The position numbers were made by a program, and so were the translations under genes. From Octopus vulgaris (Eukaryota), in assembly GCA_951406725.2 (NCBI GenBank), contig OX597816.1, positions 35,278,001 through 35,342,000 on the forward strand: a DNA stretch of 64,000 bases. Reading direction: 5' to 3'. The notes under the pieces are model-generated. The model made no database searches, was not told the DNA's origin, and was given only the letters and a program-made list of their open reading frames with translations. Shown in pieces: positions 55,127 through 64,000 of this stretch. Each line of letters begins with the position of its first letter. Position 1 is the stretch's first letter.

Positions 55127-55421
55127 CACATACATAAACATATACATAAACACACACATATGCATATACATATAAATATATATTATATATAAGGTCAAAA
55201 GAATAAAATATTTCTTTGCCAATGCGCTTGGGATTCAACATTTCTTTTTTCCGCTCTTATTTTTAATTGTATTTATAATTTTCACCTTAAAATATATTTT
55301 TCATATGCTGGCCACTAATACAATTTTAAAATAAAAATTTACCCTTATATTACAGGTATATACACATACATATGTGTAATTTATCGAAAATGCAATAGTT
55401 ATATGTTTTACAAACACACAC

Positions 55422-55473
<52 letters not shown>

Positions 55474-56039
55474 GTATGTATGCATGTATGTATGTATATG
55501 TATATACGTATGTATGTATGTATATTTTAAGAAAGATTTACATTAAGTAAAATAAAAATTATATAGTTATTTACTAAATACGTATTAGGACGAACTTGAT
55601 AAGGAAAGCATTTTCTCCATATGGTTTCATAGAAGTACTGGTTGATAACGTAGTAGGTGATTACCATATAATATGCCTTTGTAAATGTGAAAACAAAAGC
55701 TCTTCTGATACAATGATTTTCTTGTACAGACGTAGTAGCAGTGTACATTTAAAGGCGATTCAAAGATACTTTTGCACGTAATCAATAATATTCAACTCAC
55801 ATTTCTTTTTCAGATCTTTTTAATGTATCGAGATATTTTTAAACATTTAGATTCATGAACAGCACAAACATGTGCCTGTGAATTTGTATTACCATGCATG
55901 TGCTTCTTGGCTTATATTTTATATTTCTATTATGTAATATATTTCTCTCTCCATCTCTCTCTCTCTCTCTTTGTATATATATGCATATGTGTATATTGAT
56001 ATATGTGTAGACGTACATGCATGCACACACAGACATATA

Positions 56040-57060
56040 TATTGGGTCATCCCATAATTAATGTGGCTTTTTATACTTCTTTTATTTTTCAAAATTAAGG
56101 TAAACATAGTTCTTTCTTAATCTAAAATATACTCTCTTTCATTTTCTACAATGCTATTCCATCTATCTGGTTGACTTGCAAGGCACCTCATCAATAACTT
56201 ACTGGTCCGTGAAGGAAATTACTGTTCTGACATTTTTTCAGTCGAAATTATTTTGAAGACCCCGGAACCATTGATAATCAGATGGGGTTAAATCAACATA
56301 ACATCGTGAGTAGGGTATCGTTTCCCATTCAAACTGTTCCAGCTAAAGGAATATCATCCTCACTGTATGTGGCCGAGCATTATCTTGATGGAAGAACATC
56401 TTGAAACTAATGTTGGTTGTTTTTTCTTGCTAGCGCTGACTTACTCCCCTCAAGTTGCTGGCAGTGGATCACCTTTGTTATCGTAAGGTTTGGGTTGAAG
56501 ACTTCAAATTGAACTAATCCTTTCATATCCCACCAAACAGATAACAAGTTACGTGGGAAAACACCTTCTTTAGCCTGAAGTGCCAGTGTTCCTCCTTTGC
56601 CTATCCACTGTTTTCGGCGTTTTTATAGAGAACACATTTCTTGTTACCATTCGCTATTCGATCCAAAAGCGGTTTATTCGAGAAAGGTGACAGCAAAGAA
56701 AGGTAAACACTCACTCTCTACGCGTGAGTAGACTCGTTAAGTTTGTGAAAAACACATTGCACAATTTGCTGGTATCGATGAATGGTTGAATGAAAAAATC
56801 AAAAATCATCTGTTACAATGGGATTTTGTTCCATCGATGTGTGCAATACGTCCTTTTTTATCTCTACAGATCTCCCAGGATGAAGCACTTCTCCTAGGTA
56901 GTAGTTTTCGGCTCGGAATTTCTGGAACCACCGCTGCCACTGGCTTACGTTTCTTGTCCGATCCCCATACACTGCATTAATATTCATCGCACTTTCCGTC
57001 GCGGCGTTACCTTTATTGAATTCATAAAGCAAAATATTCTGAATATTATAACTTTCAGAA
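56040..57060 (-). mobile_element. Decayed mariner
   Basis: TIR TTGGGTCATCCCATAA at 56042; MLYEFNKGNAATESAMNINAVYG..QRWFQKFR; HQDNARPH motif near 56370-56392. Confidence 0.88.
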
Positions 57061-57216
57061 ACAAACTGTTATAATTGAACAGTACTCTTCATATGCCTAA
57101 GTATACACAGTTACTTTTACTTCATCCCATAAAGAGATTCACCTACGAGGACATGAAAAATGACATTAAAAATTAATTACCGACGTGCATCTAAACTCTA
57201 TCCATGTAGAAGCCTC

Positions 57217-57631
57217 GGATCTTTTCGGTTTGAACGGCAGTTTTTTCTAGCGGTGTCATATGAAATTGTCACCCATAATTATGGCACTAGTATCGATCTA
57301 TTGCATTTCAACCTCTTTTAGGGTTAGGGTTAGGGGTGGGGGAAGGGAATTTTTTCTTCTTCACAAATGTAAATAAACCCAATCTGTTTCTTAAACGAGG
57401 TACATATTCATACGGCACAGAATGTTTTTAACTCAATGGACGTCAGTGATTGGTTGAAATTGCAGAAATTGAAGAAAACAAAACAACAAATATCTTATAA
57501 ACTATAGACTTTTCTCAATAAAGCCAAGAGAAAATAATGTTTTATAAACACATTCTACCAGTATACGAAGTTAAAAAATTTTTGTTACCTAGAAATTATT
57601 TTAAAAAACTGCCGTCAGACCGAAAAGATCC
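57217..57631. mobile_element. 415-bp MITE with ~30-bp TIRs, target-site duplication and internal TTAGGG repeats
   Basis: GGATCTTTTCGGTTTGAACGGCAGTTTTTT / AAAAAACTGCCGTCAGACCGAAAAGATCC; GAAGCCTC at 57209-57216 and 57632-57639. Confidence 0.9.
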
Positions 57632-58149
57632 GAAGCCTCATATGCACAGATCTAAACTTACACTTACGCTTCAGCTACATACACTTTCAACTTTACCTCT
57701 GCACGCCAAGCAAACACTCAGACACACGTACATAGACTTACACTCTCACGCCACCTTCAACACACTTCCGAACGGACGTCGTTTCGTACACCCACCACCC
57801 ACACACACAAACACACATAAACGTACATTTACACTAGCCTACACACTATTACTTATACTATCATAATTAAAACGCACACCCACACGGCGTGACTTTCACC
57901 TTCTACTTGCCCCCCCCATCTTACCTGGTAGTTGTCAAGTGTAAGATAACACTCTTAAAAACACTCAAACAGACACGTACAGCCACAAAATACACAGGGC
58001 AATACTTACACTGACGCACAACATACACAGACAAAAACATACATTCACGAAATTGAACCTACGTACACATTACATACATCATACAGACATATAAATACTT
58101 ATTCGCGCATACACTATCACAAACAACTATATAACAACAGAAGCACACA

Positions 58150-58180
<31 letters not shown>

Positions 58181-58836
58181 CAATATAAGCAATGGCGCTG
58201 TCTTACAACCATACACGCATGCACTGACATACATAGAAACGCTCTCACTTTTATATCTCCTGTGGCATTGCTCTACACCACACCTGCAATAAAATATATT
58301 CTTCCTTCACTACGAACACATGTTGAACTAACGTGCTCTCTCTATATCTAAATCTATCCGAGTTCAATTTATCACCGGAATACCTTGGATATCATTTACG
58401 GATTCTAATCACGATTTATTTAACTCATTTCTGGCTCTCTCCATCATTGCAATTCCTTACTGCTACATCGACTTTATTACCACCTGCGTTTTCAACAATA
58501 TTGTTTCTTATATATTTTCTTTCTGTTTAAATCTTCTTTCGTATTTTAACTGATATTTCTCCGGACTTCAAAAGAAAACTCAATGAACTTTATGCAATTT
58601 CCACATTACTAATGCACTTAATCTACTGTAGCACTAACTTTAAACCGTTTAGTCATATATTCTTCTACTGAAGTACACTAGTTTCCTTTTTGTTTGTTTT
58701 GCATGACTTTTTCCCTCATCGTATTATATGAATTATATATCCCGATCAATTTATATTCACTGCGGTATACTTTTGGTGGTAAATGCACACTGTTGAGGTG
58801 AATAAATTAGATTTGACTGATATATACGTGTGTATA

Positions 58837-58897
<61 letters not shown>

Positions 58898-61016
58898 GTG
58901 TGGATATGTATTATTCGTATGGGTATGTATAAATAGTTGCATTTATGTCATCATATCCGCTCTATATACCTGAGGTCACTCCTCTCTAACATGCTTCTTA
59001 TACACCTACCATCCTTTCTGCACACAATTTTATACGCTTCCTATCTAGCCACTCCACTCCACTTCTTCCCAAACCACCCCTTCATCATACAAATGCGCGA
59101 GTAACCTACGTTTCCTACTGATTCATAGCTTCTCCCACTTTCAAGTGCTAAATTTAGTTTCTCCCCGGACTTTCGTCCACACTGCCGCACCTGTCCATCC
59201 CTCTCAAACACCTCCGTCCTTACCGGTACCTAGCATTACCACTAACACATCATCGACACATTCACTTCCTCGTCTACTAATGCGATTTACTGCATATTAG
59301 TGCATTTGAGAAGTTTCAAAGTTCCGTGCAGATGCAGATTGCTCTTGAAGATCAGTGAATGACCGATACACCTTTGTTGATTGGTCTGCTTAGGAACCTT
59401 CGTGGTGTCCAACAACATTAACAACTGCAACAAAAACAGCAATGAAGAGGTATATATATATAGAAGTATGTTGAAATGAAAACGCCAGACAAAATACCAC
59501 AGATCCACATTGTCTATCCCAGAAATTACAATGCTGGAACATTAGCCAGCTACATATGGCGATTAATATTGTGCGGCACGGCAAAAATAATTTTTTGGAC
59601 TTTGCTGGGAAAACGTAAGCAATAATACATCAAAGGAAGCCAAGCGGAGAATAATCCTAAAGGATTCCCACGATCGGGATACCTTCTTGAATTCAATAAA
59701 TGAAGTTTTTACGAATGTTCTTATGACAGAATTTTTTCATTTTGGAAACATGGTTTTCTCCATTTGTAATATGAGAAATTTAAGGAAATATACAATGGCG
59801 CAGCTGAAACCATTGGGCGAGGTGCAGCTGAAAGCATTCGGCTACTGCTGGGATCGAACAACAAGAGTCGACTCTTCTTTCCCTCAAACGAAAAGGTAGT
59901 TTTTCGTTTCGGTTATTGTCTACAGCAAGCTGACCAAGTCTGCATAACTATCTCCACTATTATAAAGGCTATGTACTTCCAGCTAGTATGTCTGGTGTGT
60001 ATTAAGTCTCGCCAAGTGCAATAGTAGACATGAAACCTAGCAACTTACAAGATAGTTAAATACCATCTATAGTAACACACTCAAACACACACACACACAG
60101 ATATAGGCGACTTGTTAACTGTATATGTGTGAGTGCGAGAGCACGTACATATTTGTGACTATGTCTGCTTGTGTGTGTGTGTGTGAATGTATTTATGTAT
60201 ATATGTATAATTTTTATAAATAAATATGTGTGTATGTATGTATACTGTGTTTATGTATGTATACACATACCCAAATACGCTTATACACGTATATCCATTA
60301 ATCCTCAAAAGTGACGTCACTTACTCGCAAATATAAAAATTTCACATCTCTTATACTTCTATGCATGTACATGCCTGCACAAATGCACGTAATGACTTTA
60401 AATAATTTAACAGAGTAATAATAGATGTACTGAATTTAATTTAATCGTTTAAAATTTCTTTTGCAGCATGTCAAGACGATTTTCTTCGCCTTTTACATTT
60501 CCTTTCTTCACGGGAATAAATAATTAGAATACGAATTTCGATTCATATGTATATATCTATATTCATATAGTTTTCATCTGTCAATTGTAGTTGCTCATAC
60601 ACAGACTGAGATTATTACGATATATATTCTATAAGAACTTCATTATTCTCACTATTAACTTTTGATTAAATTTGGATTTATATTCTATTATGGTTAATAT
60701 TTGTTTTTTATTAATTTAATATCTTGTATTACTTGATCTTTGTATATTTATATTTACAATGCTATTTTAGTTAGATTTTTCCTCCGTTGTATTCTACCGA
60801 TTAAATTATATTCGTTTAGAATAGGTAGAGACATGCCTTGTATGAATATGCTTATATAAATTGTTTCATTTTGTATGTGTCATTGTGTATATTTGCACAC
60901 GTACGTATATATATATGGGAGTATTGTATATAGGTGTACGTGTGCGTAGTGCGTACGCGTACTAGTGTGCCTGAAGGCTTTACATGCAAATGTGAGTTGT
61001 ATGTGTGCATGAGTAC

Positions 61017-61048
<32 letters not shown>

Positions 61049-61113
61049 TGAGAGAAAGAGACAGAGATACTTATATTTATGCATACATATATATATTACA
61101 TACATATGTATGT

Positions 61114-61154
<41 letters not shown>

Positions 61155-61253
61155 AATATTAGGGAGTAAATCAAAACTTACAGGGAAAAATTAGATTCAG
61201 TATTAAATCCAATTTTATAGTTTAAATATATTATATTATATTATATTAATTTA

Positions 61254-61294
<41 letters not shown>

Positions 61295-61919
61295 ACACGC
61301 GTTATTATTTTTAGTTGTATAAGCATTATTATTATTATTATTTTACCGTTGTCTTCGCCATGACCTAAAATCATATTCTGTTTATTTATCTGGTTTTTTA
61401 TCCATCGTCCCTCCTTGTTTGTTCGTCTTGTGCTTGTTTTAGTCCCATAGGAAATTTTCATTCTCCTTTGCGTTACTCCACACTTGTCTGTTAGGACATG
61501 GCTTTTTTGTCGTATATGTATTAATATTTTTATGTTCTATATGTATTATTTTCTTTTGCCGTCTTCGCCTGGCGCTAAGGCAATATTTTGTTTACTTATT
61601 TTGTCTTATGTCCCTCGATCTTCCCTGCTTGTCCGACTTGTTCTGTTTTATGTTGGTCGAATTGTCAGCATGTCCTTGCCTGGTTCAGAAAACACAAAAA
61701 CTCGAGGACGTGGAACAAGTATAGTGTTATTGGACGCTCAGGATATACACCAAATAATTAGGGGTCGAGGACCCAACACACTAAGGGGCAATACTTATCC
61801 AATATACTGTTTGTATGCTACCCCAATTATTAATACACAAGTATTTTTTAATTGCAATGCAAGGAACTTACTTATGGTATTAAATGCGTTTAGGTAAAGA
61901 AATATTTTACCATCAATTT

Positions 61920-62129
61920 ATATTACAAATAAGAAAATGGAGAAACACATCAGTTGGTTATCAGCTTTAGGATATTAGAATGTTGCCTTATTTAATTAAT
62001 AAAACTTTAACCACAATAACAAAAATATTTACAATATAAAATTCAATACATTTAAGATAAGAATACAAATATTTATTAAAAGCATTAATATAAAATGTTA
62101 GAATCATTAATATTCCTTACAGCCGTTTC

Positions 62130-62199
<70 letters not shown>

Positions 62200-62355
62200 A
62201 ATTGAGATAGGGATTGTAAATGCAACCCTCCATGTTCTGCTTTTTACATTTAACCCTACAGTCTTTTATGTGGTGGTTTAATAAAGTATGTGATTGAGTA
62301 TTATCTGGTAATTAATATTTGATTTAGATGTATTTCTCCATTTTCTTATCTTGTA
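61920..62355. mobile_element. Two oppositely oriented pLTR-like fragments around a (TA)n tract
   Basis: GATGTrTTTCTCCATTTTCTTAT on minus at about 61927-61950 and on plus at about 62327-62350; minus strand GAAACGGCTGTA at 62118-62129. Confidence 0.6.
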
Positions 62356-62949
62356 TATATATATATTTATATATATATATATATATACACAAATACACGT
62401 AGATTCATATAGATTCATGCACACTTATACGTACACACATACACACATATTGCTATGTATATATAAATATACATACACATAGACACACATATACATCATA
62501 CACATATATGCATATAAATATAATAGACATTTAATATAACCAAAAGTATAGTAATTACCACATCAGTGTAAGTATGATAAAATCAAATGCAACGATCAGA
62601 ATAAATTGTCACGAATAATATGAAAAAAATGTAATTGTATTATTAGTATATTGCTATGTATGTTTACAGTACAGAAAATATTTATATCTAAAATGTTGAC
62701 ATATTCGAATATGTTTCTCATACCGATTAGTCATATTTACATCATTTTTACTATTTTTATTAATGTAAAATGCCTATGATATAGAAAGGCCACATTATCA
62801 TTTACCACCACTATAAGATTGTGCATAACATGGAATTCGTAATTAATATCATCATCCATTTCTTGATGTACAAATTTATTATTAAGTTTATATCTAAATG
62901 TAGGTCTATGATTATTCTATTTAATTTTGAATGATGAATGGGATGCACA

Positions 62950-64000
62950 ACTGTAGACGTAATGATGGTCGGAAAAACGATTAACGTAAGTTAATGTTTG
63001 GTTTGGCTAGTGGATAGGTCTATAAAGACCAGCGGGGAGACCTTGAGTTGCACTTTGGAAATTAACTGGTGTCCATCAAAAGCAATAGACATACCTTAAG
63101 TTTTAAACAGTGTAATAATTCCATTTTTTATAGCTAACACATTCTACATTACTAGAATTATGCAGAATAATTAAAGCATTATCCCTACAAAGATTTACAC
63201 TAATATTCAGAAGGTCATCTTTAATACATTATAATAAAGAAATTCTCACAAGTTTAGGGATATGAGTTGAATCATTGTATCCCATAGTAATATCGAATAT
63301 TTTGTGTATCGTTTCAAGTACTAAGTTTGTTGTTAAACTTAATAAAAGTTATCTTTGCCGTTAAAATATTATCATTTTTATTCCTGTTTAAATTAGAGTT
63401 TTTCATAGCAAGTATAATAGCCTAACTGAGGAGAATTGGAGAGATAGAAGAGTAGTAATTATCAAATTGCAAAAATTTAATATTGATTTTATACTTAATA
63501 TAAGTAAACCATTTAGTACACTAAATACTTTTAGACCACAGGATGAATAATAATTTTCTCTGCAGTGTAGAGATCTATTAATAATATGTTTACTAATCTT
63601 CTCAATATCCGATTCAGTCGGGGAAATTAATTTGATAGGTGATTTACTTATAAAATTTGATATATGATTTATTCTTGTAATTCTTGATATAAAATCTTCA
63701 GCTCTATTTTCTAAATCTTGTGATTTTTCAATACAATGATCTTGTTGATTAATATAAAAAAATACCGAAGTTTGTGTCAATTTATAATCCTTAATTAGTT
63801 CTTTTATTATTAGTTTGTTATAAGTGTTGAGATCAAGACTATTTAATTACTCGTTTCATCAGACAGAACCAAGATTTCAGGAGCTTTATTTAACTTTGAA
63901 AGTAAATCCTTCAATTTACAGAACTGGTTATAATTTTTAAATATATTCTTCTTGAATTTAATATTTCGTTACAATAGTTATTATATCGTTTTCAAAGTTT
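62950..64000 (-). pseudogene. PLE reverse transcriptase remnant, running off the window edge
   Basis: ILVLSDETSN (PADKT), PIKLISPTESDIEKISK, KWF..IK..FLQFDNYYSSIS, FDITMGYND, LCRDNAL (LYRDD decayed), PNQTLTYVNRFSDH. Confidence 0.85.

Noticed and set aside
57918-57932. ATCTTACCTGG resembling the U1 snRNA 5' end
   Set aside because: No further U1 similarity; chance match
57660-59290. C/A-rich blocks resembling PLE 3' regions
   Set aside because: Compositional similarity only; no convincing peptide or HHR motif
59790-59845. Two 19-bp near-direct repeats (GCAGCTGAAA.CATT.GGC)
   Set aside because: Only two copies with a 5-nt spacer; not a CRISPR array, and the context is eukaryotic

Overview
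AT-rich, microsatellite-dense eukaryotic DNA with no supportable host protein-coding gene, so it is probably intergenic or intronic. Two tRNA-derived SINE families and the (TA)n/(CA)n density point to an octopus or other coleoid cephalopod (inference). The window is a transposon graveyard. It holds one complete but frameshifted mariner (3603-4892), two decayed mariners, non-autonomous Helitrons, a 415-bp MITE with a target-site duplication, CR1-like, Tx1/L1, R4/Dong and RTE LINE fragments, and about 13 SINE copies. The most striking signal is a dense set of Penelope-like element (PLE) remnants. These include a decayed RT (62950-64000), GIY-YIG endonuclease pieces (35250-35650, 9440-9550) and many short pseudo-LTR (pLTR) fragments lying in or beside (TA)n tracts. 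They carry about 15 complete, degenerate or half minimal type I hammerhead-ribozyme (HHR) motifs, most with palindromic stem III. One family, seen four times, never has the canonical A6 (core CUG-U/C-N-GA). All structures were read by eye, with no database search or folding program.
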